Assembly (NCBI GenBank): GCA_963811595.1
Contig: CAWERW010000008.1
Location: 374,965 to 438,964, forward strand
Source of the DNA: an uncultured Solirubrobacteraceae bacterium
Lineage (GTDB): Bacteria > Actinomycetota > Thermoleophilia > Solirubrobacterales > Solirubrobacteraceae
Reading direction: 5' to 3'
DNA length: 64,000 nt
Each line of letters begins with the position of its first letter. Position 1 is the stretch's first letter. Below, one piece after another: positions 30,184-39,494 of this stretch. Position numbers and translations under genes: made by a program. The notes under the pieces were generated by a model. It saw only the letters and a program-made list of their open reading frames with translations. It had not been told where the DNA came from and ran no database searches.

Positions 30184-32037
30184 GTGATGAGAGCAGGGAT
30201 GCGCGGGCTGGTGGGGGCGCTCGTCGTGGCGGCCACGGCCGTCGGCGGCACGCCGGTGGCCGAGGCGGGAACGTACGACGTGGTGTCGTGTCGCGCACCG
30301 GGTGCGGGCGGCGTCAACAGTGCGTGGACGCCGTTCCTGAGCTCGCTCGACGGCTCGCAGCAGCCGGCGGGCTTCGACTTCGTCTACGACTGCCCCGGCG
30401 CGGGCAGCCAGGTGGTCGCGCGCAGCGCTGCGCGTGCGGGACAGGACGCGTTCTGGCTGCATTCAGCGAACCACCACTTCCAGGCTCCCCCCGGCACAGC
30501 CGTCACGAAGCTGGTCATCTGGCGCTGGGGCCAGCTCGTCAAGACCGATGGCGGCATGAGCGACTGGAGGGCCTTCGGGCAGACCGACGACGGGAGCCTT
30601 CCGTTCGAGGGATGCCTCATCCCGGCCAGCGCGAACGAATGCCAGTTCGGTTCGATCGAGGCGTCGGGGATCTCGAACGCGTCGCGTGCCGAGTACGCCG
30701 TCAACACGACCTTCCTGAACTGGGGCGTCAACTGCGAGCCGGGTGACGGCGCGTTCCGCTCGTGTCCGACCGCGCGCCAGTCCGACGGCTACCCGCTCGC
30801 CCAGATGATCATCTACGGATCGGCGATCACGGTCGACGACCCCACGCGCCCCACCCTCGGCGTCGGCGGCCCGCTCCTGGCGGGCGGGTGGCGCAAGCCG
30901 AACGAGGTCATGACCTACGACGCGCGCGACAACGCGTCGGTGCGAGCGGTGCGGCTCGAGATGGCCGGCAGGACGCGGCGCGACGCAGCGTCGTGCGACT
31001 ATCGCGCCCCGGCGCCGTGTCCCGCCCGCCGGGCCTTCACCCTGCGGGTGCCGGAGGGCACTCCGGACGGCGACCACGCCGCTCGCGTCGTGGCCGAGGA
31101 CGCGTCCGGCAACGAGACCGCCGTGGCACGCCGGATCGCCGTCGACGGCACGCCGCCCGGCGCCGTCCTCGAACGCGCGCGCGGCCGCACGATCGTGCTG
31201 TCGCTGAGCGACAACGCCTCCGGCGTCGCGAGCGCCACGCTCGAGGTCCGCCGCAACTCGACGGAGCCGTACCGCACGCTCAACGCGACCGTCGCCAACG
31301 GGCGCCTGCGGGCGCGGCTCGACCGCGGGAGCGCGTCGCGGATCGACATGCGCGTGACGGTCCGCGACGCGGCGGGCAACGTCGCCCAGGGCAACCCGAC
31401 CCGGCTCACCGCCACGAGCGCGAAGGTCGGCCGCGGCTTCCGCCGCGTGCGCTCCGGCCGCGTGAAGGTCCCCTTCGGCCGCCGCGCGACGCTGCGCGGC
31501 CGGCTCACGCTCTCCGCCGGTCAGTCGCTCGGCGGGCAGACGATCGTCGCGACCTCCGCGGTCCGCCGCCGCGGCGCCCCCGCGCGCCCCGCCGGCACGG
31601 CCGTGACCGACCGCCGCGGCCGCTTCTCGCTCCGCGTCCCCGTCGGCCCGAGCCGCACCTACCGGCTCGTGTTCGCGGGCTCTGGCGGAGCGCTCGGTTC
31701 CGCTCGCGGCGTCTCGGTGCGCGTGCCCGCGTCGAGCACGATCCGCGCCTCGCGCACGCGCCTCTCCGGCCCCGCCCGCGTCCGCTTCTCCGGCCGCCTG
31801 CGCAACCGCGGCCAGCGCATCCCCGGCCGCGGCCTCGTGCTCATCCTCCAGGGCTTCGACAACGGCCGCTGGAGCACGTTCGAGGACACGCGCACGAACC
31901 GCCGCGGCCGCTGGCGCGTCTCCTATCCGTTCAGCGGCGCGCCCGGCAGCTACCGGGTGCGCGTGCGCATCCGCAAGGCGTCGGGCTACCCGTTCGAGCT
32001 CGGCTACTCGCGGCGGCTGACGATCCGCGTGCGCTAG
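30184..32037 (+). CDS. large secreted hypothetical protein (Cys-rich N-terminal region, Ig/carboxypeptidase-regulatory-like C-terminal repeats)
   Basis: Signal peptide GLVGALVVAATAVGGTPVAEAG, one continuous frame. C-terminus: ..RGRFSLRVP..YRLVFAG.. and ..GRWRVSYPF..GSYRVRVRIR... The start could instead be ATG 30199. Confidence 0.65.
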   Translation: MMRAGMRGLVGALVVAATAVGGTPVAEAGTYDVVSCRAPGAGGVNSAWTPFLSSLDGSQQPAGFDFVYDCPGAGSQVVARSAARAGQDAFWLHSANHHFQAPPGTAVTKLVIWRWGQLVKTDGGMSDWRAFGQTDDGSLPFEGCLIPASANECQFGSIEASGISNASRAEYAVNTTFLNWGVNCEPGDGAFRSCPTARQSDGYPLAQMIIYGSAITVDDPTRPTLGVGGPLLAGGWRKPNEVMTYDARDNASVRAVRLEMAGRTRRDAASCDYRAPAPCPARRAFTLRVPEGTPDGDHAARVVAEDASGNETAVARRIAVDGTPPGAVLERARGRTIVLSLSDNASGVASATLEVRRNSTEPYRTLNATVANGRLRARLDRGSASRIDMRVTVRDAAGNVAQGNPTRLTATSAKVGRGFRRVRSGRVKVPFGRRATLRGRLTLSAGQSLGGQTIVATSAVRRRGAPARPAGTAVTDRRGRFSLRVPVGPSRTYRLVFAGSGGALGSARGVSVRVPASSTIRASRTRLSGPARVRFSGRLRNRGQRIPGRGLVLILQGFDNGRWSTFEDTRTNRRGRWRVSYPFSGAPGSYRVRVRIRKASGYPFELGYSRRLTIRVR

Positions 32038-34022
32038 GCGGGCGCCGCGGACGACGTCCGCTCCGCCCACACCGCGCAGAACGCCTCGACCACGACCGGG
32101 TCGAACTGCGTCCCCGCGTTGCGGCGCAGCTCCTCGAGCGCGCTCGCCGGCGTGACAGCCGCCGAGTAGGGGCGCTCGGAGGTCATCGCGTCGAACGCGT
32201 CGGCGACGGAGACGACGCGCGCGCCGACCGGGATCTCCTGCCCGGCGAGCTTGTCGGGGTAGCCGGTGCCGTCCCAGCGCTCGTGGCAGGCGCGCACCAG
32301 CCGCGCGACCGGGACGAGCGCCGGCGCGGCGGCGACGATGCGCTCGCCGATCAGCGTGTGGCGGCGGATGAACTCCCACTCGCGCGGGTCCAGCGGCCCG
32401 GGCTTCATGAGGATGGCGTCGGGGATCGCGACCTTGCCGATGTCGTGGAGCTCCGCGGCGTGGCGCACCTGCTCGGCCTCCTCGTCGGACAGCCCCAGCC
32501 GGCGGGCGGTCTGCTCCGCGAGCTCGGCGACGCCCTCGAGGTGCGCGAAGCGCTCCGGCGCGCGCTCGGTCAGCGCACGAACGAGCACGTCCTTGGACTG
32601 GCGCGTCGCCGACGTCCGGCCCGCGTTCTTCTGCGCGTACATGCGCTGGTCGGCGATCCGCAGCGCCTCGGTGGCGTCCTGCGCCTCGCGCGGGAGCACG
32701 ATCGAGCCGTAGGAGGAGGTCACGGTGAAGCCCTCGCCGTGCTCGGTCAGCGCTGACGCGGCGCCGGCGATGATCGGGTCCGCGACCTCGCTGCCCGGCT
32801 CGAACAGCGCGCAGAACTCGTCGCCGCCCATGCGGTACGCCAGGCCGCGGCCCGACAGGTACTTCGCCAGGTTCGCGCCCAGCCGCACGAGCAGCGCGTC
32901 GCCGGCCGGGTGGCCGAAGGTGTCGTTGTAGCGCTTGAACCCGTCGAGGTCGAACAGCACGAGCACGATCGGGTTGCCGTCGTCGGCCACCGGCAGCCGG
33001 GACGCCAGCTCGCGCGACAGCGCGCGCCGGTTGCCGAGCCCCGTCAGCGCGTCGGTCAGCGCCTCGCCGCGCGAGGTGTGCAGCATCGAGACGTTGTCGC
33101 GGAACGTCAGGACCAGCCGCGCCATGACCGCGACCAGGCACAGCCCCGCGAGCGCGACGGCGACCGCGTTGAGGTGGGCCAGCGCGCCGTAGATCAGCAG
33201 CGCCAGGGCGACCACGCCGAACGCGAGCGGCACGGAGATGAAGCGCAGGCCATCGGGCGTGCTCGGCTTGTGCACGACCGCCGGCTGCCAGGCGGCCAGC
33301 GCCACGAGCAGCAGCCCGGCGCTCCAGCCGATGTCGAACCACGTCGGCGCCGCGTAGGTCCCCTGGGCGGTCTGCACGAGGTAGAAGGAATCGGCGAGCC
33401 AGAACGTGAAGATGCCGATCGCGAGCAGCACCCACGTGCGGTCGAAGCGCCAGCCGGTGCTCGCCAAAGCGCCGACCGCGACGCCGATCAGCACGAGGTC
33501 GGTCAGCGGGTACGCGAGCGTGGTCGCCACGGCCAGCGGCTGGCCCTCGGCGGCGCCCAGCGCGGTCTCGAACACGATCGCGGCGCTCAGCGCGGTGACG
33601 GCCAGCGCGGCGATCGAGCCGTCCGTCCACAGCGTCGTCGGCACGTCGCGGGTTCGTGCCCGCACGAGCGCGAGCACGCCGGCCATCGCGAGGACCGGGA
33701 AGAGCAGGAAGCCGGCGTCCGCGGGCGACGGGATCGGCGGCGCTTCCATGTCGTAGAGGACCACCGTGTAGTAGAGGTTGCCGAGCGCCCATGCGAGCAC
33801 GCCGATACCGATCAGCAGCCACGCGGTCTGCTCGCGCCGCGCCTGCCAGGCGCCGCCGAGGCACAGCACGCCGGCGAGCACCTCGATCACGTTGTGCGCG
33901 TAGTCGCCGAACACCGGGCCGAGCTGGAGCCCGGGGATCGCGACGACCTGCAGCTCCAGGCACACGACCCAGGCGGCGAGCACTGCGAACACCGCCATCA
34001 CGGCGGAGCGCGAACGATCCAT
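32034..34022 (-). CDS. polytopic membrane sensor with GGDEF (diguanylate cyclase) and HD-GYP (c-di-GMP phosphodiesterase) domains
   Basis: About 8-9 N-terminal TM segments; ..LTGLGNRRAL..FDLDGFKRYNDTFGHPAGD..YRMGGDEFCALF..; then ..AAELHDIGKVAIPD..CHERWDGTGYP... Confidence 0.85.
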   Translation of the reverse strand: MDRSRSAVMAVFAVLAAWVVCLELQVVAIPGLQLGPVFGDYAHNVIEVLAGVLCLGGAWQARREQTAWLLIGIGVLAWALGNLYYTVVLYDMEAPPIPSPADAGFLLFPVLAMAGVLALVRARTRDVPTTLWTDGSIAALAVTALSAAIVFETALGAAEGQPLAVATTLAYPLTDLVLIGVAVGALASTGWRFDRTWVLLAIGIFTFWLADSFYLVQTAQGTYAAPTWFDIGWSAGLLLVALAAWQPAVVHKPSTPDGLRFISVPLAFGVVALALLIYGALAHLNAVAVALAGLCLVAVMARLVLTFRDNVSMLHTSRGEALTDALTGLGNRRALSRELASRLPVADDGNPIVLVLFDLDGFKRYNDTFGHPAGDALLVRLGANLAKYLSGRGLAYRMGGDEFCALFEPGSEVADPIIAGAASALTEHGEGFTVTSSYGSIVLPREAQDATEALRIADQRMYAQKNAGRTSATRQSKDVLVRALTERAPERFAHLEGVAELAEQTARRLGLSDEEAEQVRHAAELHDIGKVAIPDAILMKPGPLDPREWEFIRRHTLIGERIVAAAPALVPVARLVRACHERWDGTGYPDKLAGQEIPVGARVVSVADAFDAMTSERPYSAAVTPASALEELRRNAGTQFDPVVVEAFCAVWAERTSSAAPA

Positions 34023-34090
34023 GCGAACGTATCGGCCCGCTCGATCAGCGGCTTTACTGACGAATCAGCGCGGGAGCGTCGACCGGCGGA

Positions 34091-35170
34091 TCAGCGCAGG
34101 AACGGCGGGATGTCGATCTCGTCGTCCGAGATCTCCAGCGACGACCGCTGGCGATCGTCGATGCGGGGACCGCGGTCGGGCGTGCGGCGCCCCTCGCGGT
34201 CGGTGGTGAAGCCCCCGCCGCCGCGTGCGCGGTCGAAGCCGGTGGCGATCACGGTGACGCGGATCTCGTCGCCGAGCTCCTCGTCGATGACGGCGCCGAA
34301 GATGATGTTCGAGTTCGCGTCGGCGGCCGAGTGGATCAGCTCCGCGGCCTCGTTGACCTCGAACAGCCCGAGGTCCTTGCCGCCGGTGATGTTGAGCAGG
34401 ATGCCGGTGGCGCCCTCGACGGACTCCTCCAGCAGCGGCGACGAGATCGCGGCCTTGGCCGCCTCGGACGCGCGGCTCTCGCCGGCCGACGAGCCGATGC
34501 CCATGAGCGCGGAGCCGGCGTCGGCCATGATCGCGCGGACGTCGGCGAAGTCGAGGTTGATGAGGCCGGGGATCGTGATCAGGTCGGTGATGCCCTGGAC
34601 GCCCTGGCGCAGGACGTTGTCGGCCTCGCGGAACGCGTCGAGGATGCTCGTGCGCCGCTCGACGATCGAGAGCAGCTTCTCGTTCGGGATCACGATCAGC
34701 GTGTCGACCATCTCGCGCAGGCGGTCGATGCCCTCCTGCGCCTGGCGCGCACGCTGGGAGCCCTCGAACTCGAACGGCCGGGTGACGACGCCGACGGTCA
34801 GCGCGCCGATCTCGTTCTTGGCGATCTCGGCGATCACGGGCGCGGCGCCCGTGCCGGTGCCGCCGCCCTCGCCCGCGGTGACGAAGACCATGTCGGCGCC
34901 CTTCAGCGCCTCCTTGATCTCGTCGCGCGACTCAGCCGCGGCGCCCTGCCCGACCTGCGGGTTGGCGCCGGCGCCGAGGCCCTTGGTCAGGCCCGACCCG
35001 ATGTTGAGCTTGATGTCGGCATCGGTCATCTGGAGCGCCTGGGCGTCCGTGTTGCACGCGATGAACTCGACTCCGGAGAGCCCAGCATCGATCATGCGGT
35101 TGACCGCATTGGTACCGCCGCCGCCGACACCGACGACCTTTATGACTGCGAGATAGCTGCCAGCTTCCAT
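34091..35170 (-). CDS. ftsZ: cell division protein FtsZ
   Basis: [34 protein letters not shown].. and the C-terminal [11 protein letters not shown] peptide. Confidence 0.95.
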   Translation of the reverse strand: MEAGSYLAVIKVVGVGGGGTNAVNRMIDAGLSGVEFIACNTDAQALQMTDADIKLNIGSGLTKGLGAGANPQVGQGAAAESRDEIKEALKGADMVFVTAGEGGGTGTGAAPVIAEIAKNEIGALTVGVVTRPFEFEGSQRARQAQEGIDRLREMVDTLIVIPNEKLLSIVERRTSILDAFREADNVLRQGVQGITDLITIPGLINLDFADVRAIMADAGSALMGIGSSAGESRASEAAKAAISSPLLEESVEGATGILLNITGGKDLGLFEVNEAAELIHSAADANSNIIFGAVIDEELGDEIRVTVIATGFDRARGGGGFTTDREGRRTPDRGPRIDDRQRSSLEISDDEIDIPPFLR

Positions 35171-35238
35171 GGGTTCAGGTCCGGACCTCTAGTAGGAGTC
35201 GAGCGTTCCCCGCTGCTCGCCCGGGTTCGGATTTTCGC

Positions 35239-35268
35239 ACGTTACGGGCATTTCGGCGTTTCTGTCAA
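35239..35268 (-). promoter_or_regulatory. candidate ftsZ promoter (TTGACA-N18-TAACGT on the minus strand)
   Basis: Minus-strand read: cgcgTTGACAgaaacgccgaaatgcccgTAACGTgcg, about 70 nt upstream of the ftsZ ATG, within the relatively AT-richer 145-nt ftsQ-ftsZ spacer. Confidence 0.4.
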
Positions 35269-35315
35269 CGCGAGCATAGGACGGCAAGCCGTCTTGCAGA
35301 GGGCATAAGTCTCGA

Positions 35316-36080
35316 CTATGGGTCGAGAGTAGGGCTACTCTCGAGTGGAGCTTGAGGGTCAGTGGGCGCGGGTGGCGCGGGCTCGTTCTCGATCGGTCCG
35401 AGCCCGCCTGCGGCAACGCGTTCGGGCACCCGCAGGTCGAGGTAGGTGGCGCCCGCGGCGCTCGGATCGGCGAGCACCCGCGCGGCCGCCATCCACTTGC
35501 GCGAGGCGTCCGATCCGGAGCCGAAGACGAGGTCGGGACCGTTGCGCAGGTCGAGGGTCAGACCCCGCTCGCCCGACCACAGACGCTCGATCCGGCCCTT
35601 CAGCTCGGCGGGCGCGCGGCCCGCGACGCCGAGCGCGCCGAGCGTCCGGCGGTCGGTCACGCGCTCGCCCGCGGGGGCGCTGCGGACGCGCAGCGTGGGC
35701 AGGCCCGACGCCTTCATGCCTCGCAGCACGCGCCCGTCGCCGGAGGCGGCGACCTTGCTGCCGCCGCTCGTGATGGCGGCGACCGGCGCGCGCTCGCGCA
35801 CCTCGATCGACAGCTTGTGCGGGAAGCTCGCGTCGGTCTCGAGGCCCGCGATCGACGGGTACTCGGCGACGGCCGCGAGCAGCTGCTCCTCGCGCACGTT
35901 CAAGGTCGTCATGTCGAGCGCGGCGCTCTTGAGCGCCTGGCGGATCTGGGGCTCCTCGGCCGAGGCGAGGCCCGTGACGAAGACGTCCTGCACGCGGACG
36001 AGCTCCGAGTCGCGGAGCCACATCCACCCGCCCGCGAGCGCGCAGGCGCCCACGAGCACCCCGGCGACGATCTTCTTCAC
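35316..36080 (-). CDS. ftsQ: cell division protein FtsQ/DivIB (TM + POTRA)
   Basis: VKKIVAGVLVGACALAGGWMWL TM segment, then ..VRVQDVFVTG..L....V.....P..L.I.V.ER.P.A... GTG start at 36080 forms a GTGA overlap with the murC stop. The upstream Arg-rich part of the track ORF is discarded. Confidence 0.8.
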   Translation of the reverse strand: MKKIVAGVLVGACALAGGWMWLRDSELVRVQDVFVTGLASAEEPQIRQALKSAALDMTTLNVREEQLLAAVAEYPSIAGLETDASFPHKLSIEVRERAPVAAITSGGSKVAASGDGRVLRGMKASGLPTLRVRSAPAGERVTDRRTLGALGVAGRAPAELKGRIERLWSGERGLTLDLRNGPDLVFGSGSDASRKWMAAARVLADPSAAGATYLDLRVPERVAAGGLGPIENEPAPPAPTDPQAPLESSPTLDP

Positions 36081-37405
36081 GCTCCGGGGGTTCGACCCGG
36101 ACCGGCCAGCCTCCTGCCAAGCGCGTCGATGTCGCCGGCGCCGAGCGTGAGCAGGAGGTCGCCCTCGCGCAGCTCGGAGCGCAGGAACCGCTCGGCCGAA
36201 TCGAAGTCCGGCAGCCAGGCGACGCGGCGCCCGCCCGCGGCGTCGGCCGCCGCCTCGGCGACGAGCCGGCCGGTGACGCCGGGGTGGTCCTCGGCGCGCT
36301 CGCGCGCCGGGTAGATCTCGGTCACGACCGGCAGGTCGGCGAGCGCGAGCGCGGCGCCGAACTCGCGCGCCTGGTGCCGTGTGCGCGAGTACAGGTGCGG
36401 CTGGAAGACGGCGACGACGCGCCGCGGCGCGAGCGTGCGCGCCGCCTCGAGCGTCGCCCGCACCTCGGTCGGGTGGTGCGCGTAGTCGTCGACGACGAGT
36501 GCACCCGCGGGCGTCGTGCCGACGTGCTCGAAGCGCCGCCCGGCTCCGGAGAAGTCGCGCAGCGCGGCCGCGGCGGCCGCGACGTCGCCGCCGATCGCAC
36601 GCACCGCGGTCAGCGCCGCCGCGGCGTTGAGCGCGTTGTGGGCGCCCGGAACGGACAGTTCCACCTCGACGCCGTCGAGCGCGAAGCGCGACCCGCCGGG
36701 CGAGAGCGCGGGCGCCGCGTCGAACGGCCACACGCGCGGGCCGTCGGCCAGCGCGAGGAGCTCCGGCCGGTCCCACACCACCGCGTGCTCCGCCGCCCCC
36801 AGGAACTCGCGGAACGTCGCCTCGACGTCGCGGCGCGAGCTGTAGGTGGCGTGGTGGTCGAGCTCCGCGTTGGTGAGCACGGCGACCTGCCGCGCCAGCT
36901 TGAGCAGCGAGCGGTCGGACTCGTCGGCCTCGACCACGAGCCACTCCCCCGTCCCCCAGCCCGCGTTGGAGCCGGTCGAGCGCACCTCGCCGCCGACCAG
37001 GTAGCCGGGGTCGAGACCGGCGCCGCGCAGCGCGTGCACGAGCATGCTCGAGGTCGTCGTCTTGCCGTGGGTGCCCGAGACCGCGATCGTCGGGCGCAGC
37101 CGCGTCAGCTCGCCGAGCAGGTCGGCCCGGTGCAGCTCGCGAGCGGCGGCCGCGCGCTCGGGATTCTCCGGGCCGACGGCCGTCGAGTACACGACCTCGG
37201 CCCCGGCGGGCACGTTCGCTGCGTCGTGCCCGACGATCGGCTCGATGCCCGCCGCACGCAGCCGCGCCGCGTACGAGGAGCTGCCGGAGCGGTCCGAGCC
37301 CGTGACGGTCGCGCCGAGCTCGAGCGCCACCAGCGCGAGCCCGCTCATCCCGGCCCCGCCGATGCCGACGAAGTGCAGCCGCCTGTCATCCCATGGGCGA
37401 TCCAT
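36077..37405 (-). CDS. murC: UDP-N-acetylmuramate--L-alanine ligase
   Basis: HFVGIGGAGMSGLALV..AVSGTHGKTTTSSML... Confidence 0.9.
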   Translation of the reverse strand: MDRPWDDRRLHFVGIGGAGMSGLALVALELGATVTGSDRSGSSSYAARLRAAGIEPIVGHDAANVPAGAEVVYSTAVGPENPERAAAARELHRADLLGELTRLRPTIAVSGTHGKTTTSSMLVHALRGAGLDPGYLVGGEVRSTGSNAGWGTGEWLVVEADESDRSLLKLARQVAVLTNAELDHHATYSSRRDVEATFREFLGAAEHAVVWDRPELLALADGPRVWPFDAAPALSPGGSRFALDGVEVELSVPGAHNALNAAAALTAVRAIGGDVAAAAAALRDFSGAGRRFEHVGTTPAGALVVDDYAHHPTEVRATLEAARTLAPRRVVAVFQPHLYSRTRHQAREFGAALALADLPVVTEIYPARERAEDHPGVTGRLVAEAAADAAGGRRVAWLPDFDSAERFLRSELREGDLLLTLGAGDIDALGRRLAGPGRTPGA

Positions 37406-37427
37406 GGGGCGTCAGGCTAGTGGCGAG

Positions 37428-37874
37428 CTACCACCCGTTGCCGTTGCTGTCCGGCGTCGCGCGGCAACCGCCCTTGCCCGCGTTGGTGCAGGTGCGGTGC
37501 ACGTCGCCGACGGCGTCGAGCTCGATCGTGAAGGTCCCGCCGCCCCCGCTGGCGCGGGAATCGACCGAGACCGCGAAGGTCTTGTCGGTGCCACTCGCGG
37601 TGAGGCCGGGCGCGTCGGCGAGCGACGGCTCGAGATCGATCAGCGTGGCGGCGTCCGTGTCGTAGGTCTGGCGATCGGTGTTGTACGTCTCGAGCGCGAC
37701 GCGGGCGTTGCGCACGGCGGTCTTCGCCTCGGCGTCCTGCCCCTTGGTGCGCTGGTTGAGGAACGCGGGCAGCGCGATCGCAGCGAGCATCCCGATGATC
37801 ATGATCACCACGAGGAGCTCGACGAGCGTGAATCCGCGGGTCTCGCGGAAACGGTTGGGGAGGCGGAACGCCAT
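37428..37874 (-). CDS. type IV pilin-like / pseudopilin protein (prepilin-type N-terminal cleavage/methylation domain)
   Basis: MAFRLPNRFRETRG|FTLVELLVVIMIIGMLAAIALPAF is a class III signal peptide. GAGGAG lies 4 nt upstream of ATG 37874. The stop is only 22 nt upstream of the murC start. Confidence 0.8.
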   Translation of the reverse strand: MAFRLPNRFRETRGFTLVELLVVIMIIGMLAAIALPAFLNQRTKGQDAEAKTAVRNARVALETYNTDRQTYDTDAATLIDLEPSLADAPGLTASGTDKTFAVSVDSRASGGGGTFTIELDAVGDVHRTCTNAGKGGCRATPDSNGNGW

Positions 37875-37926
37875 TGACTCCTCAACGGCTCGTGAAGGGG
37901 AAAACTTGAGCCCGGGACCCTCCGCA

Positions 37927-38313
37927 TCAGCTTCCGGTCCAACGTCCCGCACCGAGCTCACGCGACACGCTGCGCGCCGCCTCGACCACCGCGGGGCCGA
38001 GACCGCGAGCGGGTCCGCGCGGCGGGATTCGGTCCGTGTCGCCGACCACGCCGATCGCGCCGACGGCGTGGCCCGCGGAGTTGCGCAGCGCGGCGGCGGT
38101 GAGCGTGCGCTGGGTGAACCGCGTCAGCGGCTCGGAGGTGAGATCGTCGACCACCGCGTCGGGCGCGTGGGCGAGCATCGCCTTGCCGAGCGCACTCGCG
38201 TGCGCCGGCAGCTGGGCGCCGACCTCGAGCACCTGGAAGACGGCGAGGGGCGTTGTCAAGGGCGTCGGCACGAAGGGTTGCCGGTGGGTCGTCACGCACG
38301 TCAACGGCGGCAT
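37927..38313 (-). pseudogene. IclR-family regulator remnant (effector-domain fragment, no HTH)
   Basis: ..VGAQLPAHASALGKAMLAH..LTRFTQRTLT.. and ..GHAVGAIGVVGDTDRI..GPAVVEAARSVSRELG resemble the IclR C-terminal domain. The roughly 90-aa N-terminal wHTH is absent (only 86 nt to the murG stop) and an internal stretch appears deleted. Confidence 0.45.
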
Positions 38314-38399
38314 TGAGGGGGGTCCGGCGGGGGTGCCGGTCGGAAGAGCCTCAACGCAGCACCCCGGTCGGAGGCCGCCGCGGCAGCCGAACCCGACCC

Positions 38400-39494
38400 C
38401 TACCCAGCCGCAGTTGACGTTCGCCGGTGCTCGGCGGCGGCCAGCACTTCGCGCGCGACCGCCTGCGCCGCGTCCGGCCGCGCCAGGGCGCGGGAGGCGC
38501 CGGCCATGGAACGCAGGCGATCCGGGTCGCCGACCAGCGCGTCCACTTCGGCCCGCAGCCGCTGCGGGCTCAGCTCGGCATCCGCCAGGATCGTGGCGGC
38601 GCCGGCGTCGGCCATCCAGCGCGCGTTGGTGGTCTGGTGGTCGGCGGACGCGTGCGGATACGGGATGAGGATCGCCGGCAGGCCGTACTGGGCGAGCTCG
38701 AACACCGAGCCACCCGCGCGCGCGACCGCGAGGTCGGCAGCGGCCAGCGCCGAGCCGAACGGGTCGACGTACTCGCGCAGGTGGTAGTGCTCGCCGGGCG
38801 CGCGCAGCTCGGCGAAGTCGCGGGTGCCGGGGACGTGGAGGACGTGGAAGGGGGCGTCGGCGAACGCCTCGATCGCGGCCAGGTTGATCGAGCGCGCGCC
38901 CAGCGAGCCGCCGAACACCAGCACGCAGGTGGCGTCGGACGGGATGCCGAACGCGGCGCGGGCGCCGTCGCGGTCCTCGACCGTCGGGGGGACGGGGCGG
39001 CCGGTGACGAGGTAGCGCTCGCCCTCGCGCCCCGCGATCGGGAACGCGAGGCAGACGCGCCGGGCGCGCGGCGCGAGCAGGCGGTTGGTGAGCCCGAGGT
39101 GCGAGTCGGCCTCGGTGAGCACGACGGGGATGCGCTTCGTGAGCGCGGCGAGCCCGACCGGGCCGGCGACGTAGCCGCCGCCGCCCAGCACCGCGTCGGC
39201 GCCGTGGCGGTCGAGGATCTTGCGGGCGGCGCCGACCGCCCCGGCCGCGCGGAACACCGCGCGCGCCGCCTTCAGCGGGTTCGAGCGCGAGATGCCCTCG
39301 ACGCGCAGCGGCTCGAGCGGGTAGCCCGCGGCGGGCACGAGCTGCGCCTCCGCCCGCTCGCCGCCCGCGAAGACGACCTGGGCGCCCTCAGCCCGCAGCG
39401 CGGCGGCGATTGCCAGCGCCGGTACGACGTGGCCCGCTGTCCCGCCGGCGGCGATCACGATCGTCGGCGGCCTTGCTGCGCTGGTTCCCGTCAC
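38400..39494 (-). CDS. murG: undecaprenyldiphospho-muramoylpentapeptide beta-N-acetylglucosaminyltransferase
   Basis: IVIAAGGTAGHVVPALAIAAAL.. ..GGSLGA.. MurG-like throughout. Confidence 0.9.
   Translation of the reverse strand: MTGTSAARPPTIVIAAGGTAGHVVPALAIAAALRAEGAQVVFAGGERAEAQLVPAAGYPLEPLRVEGISRSNPLKAARAVFRAAGAVGAARKILDRHGADAVLGGGGYVAGPVGLAALTKRIPVVLTEADSHLGLTNRLLAPRARRVCLAFPIAGREGERYLVTGRPVPPTVEDRDGARAAFGIPSDATCVLVFGGSLGARSINLAAIEAFADAPFHVLHVPGTRDFAELRAPGEHYHLREYVDPFGSALAAADLAVARAGGSVFELAQYGLPAILIPYPHASADHQTTNARWMADAGAATILADAELSPQRLRAEVDALVGDPDRLRSMAGASRALARPDAAQAVAREVLAAAEHRRTSTAAG

Noticed and set aside
30132-30260. Glycine riboswitch upstream of gcvT
   Set aside because: I expected one by analogy with many Actinomycetota. 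However, only 52-67 nt separate gcvT from the divergent gene. I could not find the conserved GGAGAG...CACCGAAGGGGCAA-type aptamer core on the minus strand, only a vague CACCCGGCAA. A covariance-model scan (Rfam RF00504) would settle it.
30463-33963. 1166-aa minus-strand ORF; similarly 61039..63138 (-), 61344..63155 (+), 49930..52053 (+), 51417..53018 (-) and 53250..55313 (+)
   Set aside because: All are Arg/Asp/Gly-rich shadow frames of well-supported genes on the same or opposite strand. None has recognisable motifs.
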